64,000 nucleotides of DNA, from assembly GCF_024502345.1 (NCBI RefSeq), contig NZ_JALDNN010000001.1; one strand, written 5' to 3'. A model generated the notes under the pieces. That model did not search any database. It was not told the origin of the DNA and saw only the letters and a list, made by a program, of their open reading frames with translations. The position numbers and the translations under genes were made by a program. Positions 21,438 to 33,434 of the stretch are shown piece by piece. Source of the DNA: Escherichia coli. GTDB taxonomy: Bacteria; Pseudomonadota; Gammaproteobacteria; Enterobacterales; Enterobacteriaceae. The number at the start of each line of letters is the position of its first letter. Position 1 is the stretch's first letter.

Positions 21438-23956
21438 TATTCTTTCTCCAACTCAGCCGTAAGACCATTCCATTTTTCAATTAAGTCATTATAGGGTTCG
21501 CAAACACTTATGGCATGTTCAATGCTAGCTGCTTCTGTAACTAAAGCAGCCTTAAGTTTCCATTGTGTATTTCTTTCATCATTTGGAATTTCTTCCAGTA
21601 GTTCCTTTAAACAAACATTTGCAGTTACGTTATCACCACACTTGCTTAACGCAGCCACGTACACTAATGCTTCAATAAATTGTTGAGGTTTAAATGGTTT
21701 CAGAGCATTGAATGCTTTTTGGAGATCGTCTTTACAATTTCGAAGCTCATCATGTGGCGCTCTTAATATCACTGAGATGCAGTCATCAATAGAAATACTG
21801 CGAGTATACTCATCCTGAATTGCTTTGAGTGCGACTTTGACAAAACCGGGAATATCATCAAAATGAAAACGCAATCGATTGATAGCATCATAAAGTGCAC
21901 TTCCTTCTAAAATTAATAATATATTAGAAAGAAGCAATCCAATTTTCCCCTTTCTCTCTTCATCTGATAAGCAAAGAGAAGAAAAAACGTCAATGCATTC
22001 TACAATGAAATTATCTTTTTTATCTTGTTGAATATAATAGCAAATTAGATTCCATAGCCGGGATCTCACAAGTCCCCGTTTCTCCTCAGGAAAAGATCTA
22101 CGGCTCAAAGCGCGAACAGCATACTGATGCACCATAACATATTGATCTAATAGCAAGACTGAATATGCTTCGAAGAATAAATCTGGGAAATTCTTCACTA
22201 AATCATAGGGAACATTTTCCCACGCTTGTACGGCACGTGCTCGAATCAATGTACTCTCATCCATAAGAGCACGATACCAATCGGAGAGCACTAGTGTTAG
22301 GCTGTCAATACCAGTTAATAACTTAGAAACATGGGCAATCATGTTCCCACGCATTTGAGTTTGTTCTTCTGGTAAGCTTCTATAGAGATGAAGAAAATCA
22401 TCGATTCCTTCACTCCCTCTAGATTTAGCTCCAATCGCAGCCCATTCAATCAATGCACCCTGTAAGCCATCAATAGCATTACGCTTATTACTTTTATCTA
22501 AATGATCTAGAAAACTCTCATTTATTTCTATGATTTTTTCTTTATTCAACGCCTCAAATTTCTCGCTTAGCGTTGCAGCCGCTCCGATCAAATCGTCAAA
22601 ATTATCAACTGCAAGCTCAGCAAATTCGTCCCAAGAGTGTCTAAAGAATTGTCCTGCATCATCCATGCTATCCTCTGGATTTTCCACAGCAGCCCAGAGC
22701 AAACGCCTAAAAGCTATTTTTTGTGTCTTTCCTGTTTTACTTTTTTTTCTATAGTTATTTCGCAGTACAGATCTGTAAGCTCTATTGGCCTCATGTCTCC
22801 CAATATCATCTTTGTCAGCAAGATAGGATTGAATAACTTTATCGCTTTCATCGGGAAATCTATCTAAGTATTTCGTAGCAGCCTCCCGAAGAAAGAAAAG
22901 AATGCTGCTATCTCTCCGCTCCTCCGGGAGTAGAGTCCGTCGACGCATCAGCTTAGCAAATATACTTCTAATATGTCTTAGAAGCAGCTCATCATCATCC
23001 GATGCAATAATTATCTCAATAGCAAATTGAAATTTTCCCCGGTGAGTATCTTTTATGTATTCATCAACAACATCACAGATATCAGCTTGTCTTTTTTTAA
23101 AAAGTGACTGAATGGGGCCTTTATTAAGTACTTTTCGCTCAAATGTGCCAATCATCATTCCAGGAGGAGATTCAACAGCCATTCTAACAAAGTGGTAAAG
23201 GACTTTTAAGAAATCATCTTCAGATAGATTCTCTGCTTCCAAGAGGATTGCTTCTATAGCTAGTGGACAATATTCGAAGTTGTTTATTAAATATACTGAA
23301 ATTGCCAGTTTTTCCGCTTGTGATAATTCAGTTCTTATTAAAGCTTTTGCTGCTGGCATTGAATATGGTAATTTCTCATGTAACACTGCAGGCAACAAGT
23401 GTTCAATTATTTTACTTGTAAATGTCTCAGGTGCCAGATTAGCAAGTTGTTCCAAACGGGGATCGTTGTTCTCTATATCCTCTTGATCGAGTTCATCAAG
23501 CAAATCAAGCACAAACGTTTCTTCTAGAGTAAGTGAAAGACGTAATACTGCTCGTTCTTGTTGTCTATTGAGCTGCTTCTGCTTTCTCTGCCTTTCTTCT
23601 TCTTTGCGAGCCAAATTTCGTTCTTCGGCAGATTTTTCTCTTGGGCCTACAAACTCTAAAATATTGGGAAATCCCACCGGAACCCGTTGATTACAATGTT
23701 TACAGTTCTGTTTATAGAAGCTGTAAACCGAGTCTTCCAGCAGCCAGCTAAGCATTGAACTTTGCTTAACAAATTTGCATTGAACTCCCATGTGACCAAT
23801 GGGTAACCCTGTTTCAGCCTCAATCATGCCTCTCCCCTCTGATCGAATGAATTCAGAGTGAGAACACCAGTTACTAAGTAGGTGTACAGCACGGAGATTT
23901 CGTTGACCAGCTTCGATTGCCTCTTCAAATCTTTTTTTATCTTCAAAATCATCCAT
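21383..23956 (-). CDS. hypothetical 857-aa protein with N-terminal Cys/His cluster and long helical repeat region
   Basis: N-terminal ...NWCSHSEF...HMGVQCKF...CKHCNQ...; very AT-rich coding region; no Walker A seen. Confidence 0.6.
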   Translation of the reverse strand: MDDFEDKKRFEEAIEAGQRNLRAVHLLSNWCSHSEFIRSEGRGMIEAETGLPIGHMGVQCKFVKQSSMLSWLLEDSVYSFYKQNCKHCNQRVPVGFPNILEFVGPREKSAEERNLARKEEERQRKQKQLNRQQERAVLRLSLTLEETFVLDLLDELDQEDIENNDPRLEQLANLAPETFTSKIIEHLLPAVLHEKLPYSMPAAKALIRTELSQAEKLAISVYLINNFEYCPLAIEAILLEAENLSEDDFLKVLYHFVRMAVESPPGMMIGTFERKVLNKGPIQSLFKKRQADICDVVDEYIKDTHRGKFQFAIEIIIASDDDELLLRHIRSIFAKLMRRRTLLPEERRDSSILFFLREAATKYLDRFPDESDKVIQSYLADKDDIGRHEANRAYRSVLRNNYRKKSKTGKTQKIAFRRLLWAAVENPEDSMDDAGQFFRHSWDEFAELAVDNFDDLIGAAATLSEKFEALNKEKIIEINESFLDHLDKSNKRNAIDGLQGALIEWAAIGAKSRGSEGIDDFLHLYRSLPEEQTQMRGNMIAHVSKLLTGIDSLTLVLSDWYRALMDESTLIRARAVQAWENVPYDLVKNFPDLFFEAYSVLLLDQYVMVHQYAVRALSRRSFPEEKRGLVRSRLWNLICYYIQQDKKDNFIVECIDVFSSLCLSDEERKGKIGLLLSNILLILEGSALYDAINRLRFHFDDIPGFVKVALKAIQDEYTRSISIDDCISVILRAPHDELRNCKDDLQKAFNALKPFKPQQFIEALVYVAALSKCGDNVTANVCLKELLEEIPNDERNTQWKLKAALVTEAASIEHAISVCEPYNDLIEKWNGLTAELEKEYEERAKFRDFPPSFFSEG

Positions 23957-25331
23957 TTAGATAACACCCTTATAAGGAACATGTACTCATCTAAAATGCT
24001 GTTACCGGATTATTATACCTAAAACAATGAATGCTGTGTATTATGAAATGTGATATAAGTCAATTAGTTACATATAAAAACCAACTCACATCCAAAAGGA
24101 TAGTATTTCGAGGTTTGTAGCATCATTAAATGTGAACTTATTTATCGCCCCCTCAAGTTAACTAATAAATAAGTTATAATTTACATATACTTCTGGAATT
24201 TAGAAACCTTATATCTAATAGTTGAGTAAGTTAATAATCAACATGAGTGTGATTCATAAAAAAAATAATTATTATTTTCAGCCCCTCCATTATGGAGGAG
24301 CAATAATAGTATAGTTTTCCTGTATTCCTAACGATCCAGTTAGGCTTAGAGAAATCTAATTATGAAGCACTCCTGAGAGCAACCCTTCCAACTTTATCAA
24401 TATAATCCGCATACCACTGCATCATCTCTCTCCTGCCTTCCAAATACAGCGCATGGTTGTACGTCCCGCGAATCGCATTCTTATCGACATGCGCAAGCTG
24501 GGTTTCAATCCATGCGGTATTGAACCCTTCCTCATGCAAAATCGTACTCATCGTGTGGCGGAAACCATGCCCCGTTACCTTCCCCGTGTACCCAATCCGC
24601 TTAAACACCTGATTAATACTCGCTTCGCTCATTGTTTTGCGGGGATCATTCCTCCCAGGAAACACCAGAGGATATTGCCCAGACATCACTTTGAGCTGCT
24701 GTACGATCTCCAGCGCTTGGGTAGAGAGGGGCACCAGGTGAGGCCGTTTCATCTTCATGCGCTCTGCAGGTATTTCCCACACCGCTTTTTCAAGATCAAA
24801 CTCACTCCAGAAAGCACCTCGAAGCTCACCGGTGCGAACCCCCGTAAGGATCAGCAAACGTGCGGCAAGAACAACCAGCGGGCTGCCTGTATAGCCAGAA
24901 AGAGCTTTAAAGAAATCTGGTAACTCCTCAACGGTAAGGAAGGGATAATGCTTCGATTCATGCCCTGACATCGCGCTGGTTAGATCCGCAGCCGGATTGT
25001 ATTCCGCACGACCGGTAACTATGGCGTAGCGAAAGACTTCGCTGCAGCGCTGGCGAACTTTCTTGGCCTTCTCTGTCGCACCACGGCTTTCCATTCGACG
25101 CAGTACATTCAACAGAACAAGAGGCTTAATTTCATTGACTGGCTGCTGACCGATATAGGGAAAAATATCTTTATTTAAAGCTTCGATAATGTCCGATGCA
25201 TACCCTTCTGACCATCTGCTCACCTTCGTACCGTGCCACTCAAGCGCCACAGACTGGAACGTATTATGATCTTACCCAGCAATAGTGGACACGCGGCTAA
25301 GTGAGTAAACTCTCAGTCAGAGGTGACTCAC

Positions 25332-25631
25332 ATGACAAAAACAGTATCAACCAGTAAAAAACCCCGTAAACAGCATTCGCCTGAATTTCGCAGTGAAGCC
25401 CTGAAGCTTGCTGAACGCATCGGTGTTACTGCCGCAGCCCGTGAACTCAGCCTGTATGAATCACAGCTCTACAACTGGCGCAGTAAACAGCAAAATCAGC
25501 AGACGTCTTCTGAACGTGAACTGGAGATGTCTACCGAGATTGCACGTCTCAAACGCCAGCTGGCAGAACGGGATGAAGAGCTGGCTATCCTCCAAAAGGC
25601 CGCGACATACTTCGCGAAGCGCCTGAAATGA
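25332..25631 (+). CDS. insE: IS3 OrfA (InsE)
   Basis: [54 protein letters not shown]... matches recalled IS3 InsE. Confidence 0.9.
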   Translation: MTKTVSTSKKPRKQHSPEFRSEALKLAERIGVTAAARELSLYESQLYNWRSKQQNQQTSSERELEMSTEIARLKRQLAERDEELAILQKAATYFAKRLK

Positions 25632-26494
25632 AGTATGTCTTTATTGAAAAACATCAGGCTGAGTTCAGCATCAAAGCAATGTGCCGCGTGCTCCGGGTGG
25701 CCCGCAGCGGCTGGTATACGTGGTGTCAGCGGCGGACAAGGATAAGCACGCGTCAGCAGTTCCGCCAACACTGCGACAGCGTTGTCCTCGCGGCTTTTAC
25801 CCGGTCAAAACAGCGTTACGGTGCCCCACGCCTGACGGATGAACTGCGTGCTCAGGGTTACCCCTTTAACGTAAAAACCGTGGCGGCAAGCCTGCGCCGT
25901 CAGGGACTGAGGGCAAAGGCCTCCCGGAAGTTCAGCCCGGTCAGCTACCGCGCACACGGCCTGCCTGTGTCAGAAAATCTGTTGGAGCAGGATTTTTACG
26001 CCAGTGGCCCGAACCAGAAGTGGGCAGGAGACATCACGTACTTACGTACAGATGAAGGCTGGCTGTATCTGGCAGTGGTCATTGACCTGTGGTCACGTGC
26101 CGTTATTGGCTGGTCAATGTCGCCACGCATGACGGCGCAACTGGCCTGCGATGCCCTGCAGATGGCGCTGTGGCGGCGTAAGAGGCCCCGGAACGTTATC
26201 GTTCACACGGACCGTGGAGGCCAGTACTGTTCAGCAGATTATCAGGCGCAACTGAAGCGGCATAATCTGCGTGGAAGTATGAGCGCAAAAGGTTGCTGCT
26301 ACGATAATGCCTGCGTGGAAAGCTTCTTTCATTCGCTGAAAGTGGAATGTATCCATGGAGAACACTTTATCAGCCGGGAAATAATGCGGGCAACGGTATT
26401 TAATTATATCGAATGTGATTACAATCGGTGGCGGCGGCACAGTTGGTGTGGCGGCCTCAGTCCGGAACAATTTGAAAACCAGAACCTCGCTTAG
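25628..26494 (+). CDS. insF: IS3 OrfB (InsF) transposase, DDE domain
   Basis: [32 protein letters not shown]... 288 aa; overlaps orfA in the -1 frame as in IS3-family elements. Confidence 0.9.
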   Translation: MKYVFIEKHQAEFSIKAMCRVLRVARSGWYTWCQRRTRISTRQQFRQHCDSVVLAAFTRSKQRYGAPRLTDELRAQGYPFNVKTVAASLRRQGLRAKASRKFSPVSYRAHGLPVSENLLEQDFYASGPNQKWAGDITYLRTDEGWLYLAVVIDLWSRAVIGWSMSPRMTAQLACDALQMALWRRKRPRNVIVHTDRGGQYCSADYQAQLKRHNLRGSMSAKGCCYDNACVESFFHSLKVECIHGEHFISREIMRATVFNYIECDYNRWRRHSWCGGLSPEQFENQNLA

Positions 26495-26980
26495 GTCTGT
26501 GTCCATATTACGTGGGTAGGATCATTATTGAGCTGCACATCACGAACCAGCTTTTCTTCTTTCTTGGCAAACGATGGATCGATACCCTCGGCCAGCTTTT
26601 TCTTGGCTTCATCGCGTAGTGCCCTCGCTTGAGCAAGGGACACTGCCGGATAAACGCCAAAAGCCATACGCTTCTCTTTTCCATTGAAGCGATATTTCAT
26701 TCGCCAGTATCGAGAACCAGAGGGAACGACTTCAAGATACAAACCAGCACCATCTGCCAGCTTATAGGCTTTCTCTCTGGGTTTAGCTGCATCTACCTGT
26801 CGCGCATTTAGCTTCATTGGGGGCATCTCCCTGGACCGAACACAGAATGCCCCCACTTATGCCCCCAACTGTAACTTGATTCCGGTTGAGTCCAGTTGAT
26901 AACAGGAGATAAAATACGGGCTAGAAACCGCAGTATACGGGCTTTTAGTTGATTTCGGTAGACTTGGGAAGAGTTTGAAA

Positions 26981-27056
26981 TGGTGCCGATAATAGGAGTC
27001 GAACCTACGACCTTCGCATTACGAATGCGCTGCTCTACCAACTGAGCTATATCGGC
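26981..27056 (-). tRNA. thrW: tRNA-Thr (anticodon CGU), thrW
   Basis: Reverse complement GCCGATATAGCTCAGTTGGTAGAGCAGCGCATTCGTAATGCGAAGGTCGTAGGTTCGACTCCTATTATCGGCACCA. Confidence 0.9.
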
Positions 27057-27170
27057 CCTGAAAGGACATGTTCACGAACGTGAATCACGGTGGACAAGGT
27101 TAAAACTAACCGGGCGATGCGTCAATGGCCTTGTGAATCAAATGGCTACTTTTGCATCACCCGGTTTTAT

Positions 27171-28424
27171 TTACGCACGAATGGTGTAATCACCAATGCC
27201 GATCCACTTGTAAGTGGTCAGTGCTTCCAGCCCCATTGGGCCACGCGCGTGGAGTTTTTGTGTGCTTACCGCCACTTCCGCACCCAGACCAAACTGGCCG
27301 CCGTCGGTAAAACGCGTAGAGGCGTTAACGTAAACAGCGGACGAATCCACTTCGTTAACAAAACGCTGGGCGTTGCGCATATCGCGGGTCAGGATCGCAT
27401 CGGAGTGTTGTGTGCCGTGTTCACGAATATGGGCGATGGCATCGTCAAGATCGCTGACGATTTTGACGTTCAAATCTAATGACAGAAACTCATCGTCATA
27501 CTCTTCGGCTTTAACAGCAACCACCTTCGCAGGGCCTGCCTGCAACTGCGCCAGTGCAGCTGCATCTGCGTGTAATGTCACGCCGCTTTCCGCCATTTGT
27601 TTGCTTAATGCGGGCAGGAAGCTATCGGCGATGTTTTTATTCACCAGCAACGTTTCAACCGTATTACATGTGCTCGGACGCTGAGTTTTCGCGTTGACGA
27701 TCACTTTTAATGCTTCAGCGATCTCTACACTTTCATCAACGTAAATATGGCATACGCCTATACCACCTGTGATCACCGGGATTGTCGACTGTTCACGGCA
27801 CAGTTTATGCAAACCAGCGCCACCACGCGGGATCAGCATGTCGATGTATTTATCCATACGCAGCATTTCACTGACCAGCGCACGGTCAGGATTATCAATC
27901 GCCTGCACGGCACCCGCCGGTAAGCCGCAGGATTTCAGGGCGTCCTGAATCACCGCCACCGTTGCAGCGTTAGTGCGACACGTTTCTTTGCCACCGCGCA
28001 GGATCACCGCATTACCGGTTTTCAGGCACAGCGAAGCGACATCAACCGTCACGTTCGGGCGCGCTTCATAAATCACGCCAATAACCCCCAGCGGTACGCG
28101 ACGACGCTCAAGACGCAGGCCGCTGTCCAGTACGCCGCCATCGATTACCTGCCCCACCGGATCGGCGAGGTTGCACACCTGACGTACATCGTCGGCAATG
28201 CCTTTCAGCCGTGCGGGCGTCAGTGCCAGACGGTCAAGCATCGCTTCGCCAAGGCCATTGGCACGCGCGTCAGCAACATCCTGGGCGTTAGCGTTGAGGA
28301 TGATTTCGCTTTGTGCTTCCAGTTCATCGGCGATTTTTTCCAGCACGCGATTTTTTTCGCGGCTGGAGAGTTGCGCTAATTTATACGAGGCTTGCTTCGC
28401 GGCAATGCCCATTTGTTCCAGCAT
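27171..28424 (-). CDS. proA: gamma-glutamyl phosphate reductase
   Basis: 417-aa ORF recognised as ProA; synteny thrW-proA-proB. Confidence 0.95.
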   Translation of the reverse strand: MLEQMGIAAKQASYKLAQLSSREKNRVLEKIADELEAQSEIILNANAQDVADARANGLGEAMLDRLALTPARLKGIADDVRQVCNLADPVGQVIDGGVLDSGLRLERRRVPLGVIGVIYEARPNVTVDVASLCLKTGNAVILRGGKETCRTNAATVAVIQDALKSCGLPAGAVQAIDNPDRALVSEMLRMDKYIDMLIPRGGAGLHKLCREQSTIPVITGGIGVCHIYVDESVEIAEALKVIVNAKTQRPSTCNTVETLLVNKNIADSFLPALSKQMAESGVTLHADAAALAQLQAGPAKVVAVKAEEYDDEFLSLDLNVKIVSDLDDAIAHIREHGTQHSDAILTRDMRNAQRFVNEVDSSAVYVNASTRFTDGGQFGLGAEVAVSTQKLHARGPMGLEALTTYKWIGIGDYTIRA

Positions 28425-28435
28425 CAGCCTGCTCC

Positions 28436-29539
28436 TTAACGGGTAATCATGTCATCACGGTGAACGGCAACCGGGCCGTATTCATATCCCAGTATTGCAT
28501 CAATTTCTTGCGAGTGGTGCCCGGCAATACGGCGTAATGCATCGCTGTTGTAACGACTGACGCCGTGGGCGATATCGCGACCTTCGAGGTTGCAAATGCG
28601 GATGACTTCACCACGCGAGAAATTGCCAGTCACGCTTTTAATGCCTTTCGGCAACAGGGAGCTGCCGCGTTCAAGAATGGCGGCAGTTGCCCCTTCATCT
28701 ACCGTGATTTCACCCGCCGGCGGCGCACCGAAAATCCAGCGTTTACGGTTTTCAAGCGGAGTCGCCTGGGCATGGAACAGCGTACCGACGGAAATGCCTT
28801 CCATCACATCACCAATAACGCCCGGCTTGCTGCCCGCGGCAATAATGGTGTCGATACCCGCACGGCAAGCCACGTCAGCGGCCTGCAATTTGGTACTCAT
28901 GCCGCCAGTTCCGAGGCCTGAAACGCTGTCACCGGCAATCGCGCGCAGTGCGTCATCAATGCCGTAAACATCTTTAATCAGTTCTGCCTGCGGATTGCTG
29001 CGCGGGTCAGCGGTATACAAACCTTTTTGATCGGTCAGCAGCAACAGTTTATCGGCACCCGCCAGAATCGCCGCCAGCGCAGAAAGGTTATCGTTATCGC
29101 CGACTTTAATCTCTGCCGTAGCGACAGCATCGTTCTCATTGATTACCGGAACGATATTGTTATCGAGCAACGCACGCAGGGTGTCGCGGGCGTTCAGGAA
29201 GCGTTCACGGTCTTCCATATCAGCACGGGTCAGCAGCATTTGCCCGACGTGAATGCCATAAATCGAAAACAGCTGTTCCCACAGTTGAATCAGTCGACTC
29301 TGCCCTACCGCTGCCAGCAGTTGTTTCGAGGCGATAGTCGCTGGCAGTTCCGGGTAACCCAGGTGCTCACGTCCGGCGGCGATCGCGCCCGACGTCACAA
29401 TAACAATCCGATGCCCGGCGGCATGTAGCTGCGCGCACTGGCGAACAAGTTCAACGATATGGGCACGGTTCAGACGGCGCGATCCGCCTGTTAGCACACT
29501 GGTGCCGAGTTTTACCACCAGCGTCTGGCTGTCACTCAT
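28436..29539 (-). CDS. proB: glutamate 5-kinase
   Basis: [19 protein letters not shown]... 367 aa from the second in-frame Met. Confidence 0.95.
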
Positions 29540-29826
29540 GATTCTCTGCCATTCAATTTTAGGAAAAATGATATCAAACGAACGTTTTAGCAGGACTGTC
29601 GTCGGTTGCCAACCATCTGCGAGCAAAGCATGGCGTTTTGTTGCGCGGGATCAGCAAGCCTAGCGGCAGTTGTTTACGCTTTTATTACAGATTTAATAAA
29701 TTACCACATTTTAAGAATATTATTAATCTGTAATATATCTTTAACAATCTCAGGTTAAAAACTTTCCTGTTTTCAACGGGGCTCTCCCGCTGAATATTCG
29801 CGCGTTAATTAAAATCAGGAATGAAA

Positions 29827-30882
29827 ATGAAAAAGAGCACTCTGGCATTAGTGGTGATGGGCATTGTGGCATCTGCATCCGTACAGGCCGCAGAAATATA
29901 TAACAAAGACGGTAATAAACTGGATGTCTATGGCAAAGTTAAAGCCATGCATTATATGAGTGATAACGACAGTAAAGATGGCGACCAGAGTTATATCCGT
30001 TTTGGTTTTAAAGGCGAAACACAAATTAACGATCAACTGACTGGTTATGGTCGTTGGGAAGCAGAGTTTGCCGGTAATAAAGCAGAGAGTGATACTGCAC
30101 AGCAAAAAACGCGTCTCGCTTTTGCCGGGTTGAAATATAAAGATTTGGGTTCTTTCGATTATGGTCGTAACCTGGGCGCGTTGTATGACGTGGAAGCCTG
30201 GACCGATATGTTCCCGGAATTTGGTGGCGACTCCTCGGCGCAGACCGACAACTTTATGACCAAACGCGCCAGCGGTCTGGCGACGTATCGGAACACCGAC
30301 TTCTTCGGCGTTATCGATGGCCTGAACTTAACCCTGCAATATCAAGGGAAAAACGAAAACCGCGACGTTAAAAAGCAAAACGGCGATGGCTTCGGCACGT
30401 CATTGACATATGACTTTGGCGGCAGCGATTTCGCCATTAGTGGGGCCTATACCAACTCAGATCGCACCAACGAGCAGAACCTGCAAAGCCGTGGCACAGG
30501 CAAGCGTGCAGAAGCATGGGCAACAGGTCTGAAATACGATGCCAATAATATTTATCTGGCAACTTTCTATTCTGAAACACGCAAAATGACGCCAATATCT
30601 GGCGGCTTTGCCAATAAAACTCAGAACTTTGAAGCGGTCGCTCAATACCAGTTTGACTTTGGTCTGCGTCCATCGCTGGGTTATGTCTTATCGAAAGGGA
30701 AAGATATTGAAGGTATCGGTGATGAAGATCTGGTCAATTATATCGATGTCGGTGCTACGTATTATTTCAACAAAAATATGTCAGCATTTGTTGATTATAA
30801 AATCAACCAACTGGATAGCGATAACAAATTGAATATTAATAATGATGATATTGTCGCGATTGGGATGACGTATCAGTTTTAA
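29827..30882 (+). CDS. phoE: outer membrane phosphoporin PhoE
   Basis: [37 protein letters not shown]... ending ...IGMTYQF. Confidence 0.95.
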   Translation: MKKSTLALVVMGIVASASVQAAEIYNKDGNKLDVYGKVKAMHYMSDNDSKDGDQSYIRFGFKGETQINDQLTGYGRWEAEFAGNKAESDTAQQKTRLAFAGLKYKDLGSFDYGRNLGALYDVEAWTDMFPEFGGDSSAQTDNFMTKRASGLATYRNTDFFGVIDGLNLTLQYQGKNENRDVKKQNGDGFGTSLTYDFGGSDFAISGAYTNSDRTNEQNLQSRGTGKRAEAWATGLKYDANNIYLATFYSETRKMTPISGGFANKTQNFEAVAQYQFDFGLRPSLGYVLSKGKDIEGIGDEDLVNYIDVGATYYFNKNMSAFVDYKINQLDSDNKLNINNDDIVAIGMTYQF

Positions 30883-30890
30883 TAGATATT

Positions 30891-30911
30891 GCCGGATGTG
30901 ATGCATCCGGC
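30891..30911. terminator. hairpin GCCGGATG-TGATG-CATCCGGC between convergent phoE and crl
   Basis: Perfect 8-bp stem read directly. Confidence 0.6.
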
Positions 30912-30920
30912 ACATTTCAC

Positions 30921-31379
<459 letters not shown>

Positions 31380-32624
31380 TTAACACAAGCGTTTTTCGAT
31401 CCAGCCGGTGATTTCCTGAAGACCTTTGTCAAAATTCCGATACACCGGGTTAAATGGGATCTCTAATAATTTACCGTCAGCAGATGATGAGGTGATTAAG
31501 CGTGAGTCCTCTTCCGGGCTGAACGGATCGTTCTTCCAGTAGCCTGATAACATTGGCGTTGGGCAGCGACGCCCCAGCAATCCTTGCACTTTTAATGAAT
31601 AGCGATTCAGCTCCACGCGTAACGCGTCATCGGAAGCATCATGCATCCCCAAACGACTCGCCAGAACGTCAAGATACATTTCCGGCACCTGTTGCTGGCA
31701 CTTAAAATCACTCAACAGGGTATGAACTACCGGACCAAGACAGGCAACCGCTTTCAGACGCGGCGATTCAAGGTATGCCAGACGCACGGCAACGTTAGCG
31801 CCGAAACGGAAACCAAAGGCCGCGACGCGAGTGTGATCCACCCACGGTACGTTAGGCAGCGCCTTTAAGACGTGCTGATGCAACAGGCTGGAGTCCTGGG
31901 TGAGCTTCCATTTTGAAGAAAAGCCCACCGACGGCATATCAATAGTCAGCATCGCAATGCCGCGCGGCGCAAAATAACGTTCATACAGGCTGTAATAGTC
32001 CGTCTGCATCGCATCCAGACCACCACACATTAATACTGTCGGGAACGGGCCATCGCCTTTCGGCATATGCAAAAAGCCGGTGATGGGCGCACCGCCGGGT
32101 ACGGTAAACTCCATCTGCCGCATCGTGCCCGGCAGACGCTGGGCGGCCTCTTCATAGGCGCGGTTTGATAAAGCCTGCGCTTGCTCGGCCAGGTCATCTC
32201 CTTTCAGATGAGGATAGGCGGCAATGTTGTACAACGTAGCCGCATGCAGCCAGTGTCGACCACTGAGTTGCGGATCTTCTTCCGCACAGGCTTTTTGTTG
32301 CCACACCATCGCCTGGGTGGCCCACTCATAAATCCAGTTGCCACCACGGTAGCCAATCACGGTATCGTATAAATCATCATCGGTACGTTCAGCATCGCTC
32401 ATCACAATACGTGCCTGGACGTCGAGGATTTCACGTGGGTCAATGCCGCGCCAGATCCACATCAGACGGTTAATCATGCGATACCAGTGAGGGATGGTTT
32501 TACCATCAAGGGCCGACTGCACAGGCGGTTGTGCGCCGTGATTAAAGCGGCGGACTAGCGTCGAGGTTTCAGGATGTTTAAAGCGGGGTTTGAACAGGGT
32601 TTCGCTCAGGTTTGCCTGTGTCAT
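31380..32624 (-). CDS. frsA: esterase FrsA (fermentation/respiration switch protein)
   Basis: 414-aa ORF recognised as FrsA. Confidence 0.9.
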   Translation of the reverse strand: MTQANLSETLFKPRFKHPETSTLVRRFNHGAQPPVQSALDGKTIPHWYRMINRLMWIWRGIDPREILDVQARIVMSDAERTDDDLYDTVIGYRGGNWIYEWATQAMVWQQKACAEEDPQLSGRHWLHAATLYNIAAYPHLKGDDLAEQAQALSNRAYEEAAQRLPGTMRQMEFTVPGGAPITGFLHMPKGDGPFPTVLMCGGLDAMQTDYYSLYERYFAPRGIAMLTIDMPSVGFSSKWKLTQDSSLLHQHVLKALPNVPWVDHTRVAAFGFRFGANVAVRLAYLESPRLKAVACLGPVVHTLLSDFKCQQQVPEMYLDVLASRLGMHDASDDALRVELNRYSLKVQGLLGRRCPTPMLSGYWKNDPFSPEEDSRLITSSSADGKLLEIPFNPVYRNFDKGLQEITGWIEKRLC

Positions 32625-32715
32625 GGATGCAGCCTCCAGAATACTTACTGGAAACTATTGTAACCCGCCTGAAGTTAAAAAGAACAACGCCCGGCAGTGC
32701 CAGGCGTTGAAAAGA

Positions 32716-33174
32716 TTAGCGACCGGAGATTGGCGGGACGAATACGACGCCCATATCCCACGGCTGTTCGATCCAGGTATCTTGCGGGATATCAACAACA
32801 TAATCATCAACCAGCGGACGACCAGCCGGTTTTGCGAAGATAGTCACAAAATGTGCTTTTGGATACATTTCACGAATCGCAACCGCAGTACCACCGGTAT
32901 CCACCAGGTCATCAATAACGATGAAGCCTTCGCCATCGCCTTCTGCGCGTTTTAGCACTTTAAGCTCGCGCTGGTTGTCGTGATCGTAGCTGGAAATACA
33001 AACGGTATCGACATGACGAATACCCAGTTCACGCGCCAGTAACGCACCCGGTACCAGACCGCCACGGCTTACGGCAATAATGCCTTTCCATTGTTCAGAA
33101 GGCATCAGTCGGCTTGCGAGTTTACGTGCATGGATCTGCAACATGTCCCAGGTGACGATGTATTTTTCGCTCAT
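32716..33174 (-). CDS. gpt: xanthine-guanine phosphoribosyltransferase
   Basis: 152-aa [46 protein letters not shown]... Confidence 0.95.
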
Positions 33175-33434
33175 GTGAAGTGTCCCAGCCTGTTTATCTA
33201 CGGCTTAAAAAGTGTTCGAGGGGAAAATAGGTTGCGCGAGATTATAGAGATCTGGCGCACTAAAAACCAGTATTTCACATGAGTCCGCGTCTTTTTACGC
33301 ACTGCCTCTCCCTGACGCGGGATAAAGTGGTATTCTCAAACATATCTCGCAAGCCTGTCTTGTGTTGACAACATTTTCTGCTAACCCTGTGACCTGCAAT
33401 ACTGTTTTGCGGGTGATCGACAAGGAGACTTAAC

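Larger units (their letters stand above)
25267..26524 (+). mobile_element. IS3 (1258 bp) with 3-bp TSD TTA
   Basis: Left end TGATCTTACCCAGCAATAGTGGACACG at 25267, right end ...CGTGGGTAGGATCA at 26524; TTA at 25264..25266 and 26525..26527. Confidence 0.95.
24360..26817 (-). pseudogene. P4-type tyrosine integrase adjacent to thrW, interrupted by IS3 (26817..26525 + 25266..24360; about 398 aa when rejoined)
   Basis: N-terminal MKLNARQVDAAKPREKAYKLADGAGLYLEV... and C-terminal catalytic portion ...HGFRHTMSTILHEEG...; frame is continuous after removing IS3 and one TTA copy. Confidence 0.85.

Noticed and set aside
26491-26856. ORF 26491..26856 taken as an independent small gene
   Set aside because: It is the N-terminal part of the integrase; its last codons are IS3 terminal sequence.
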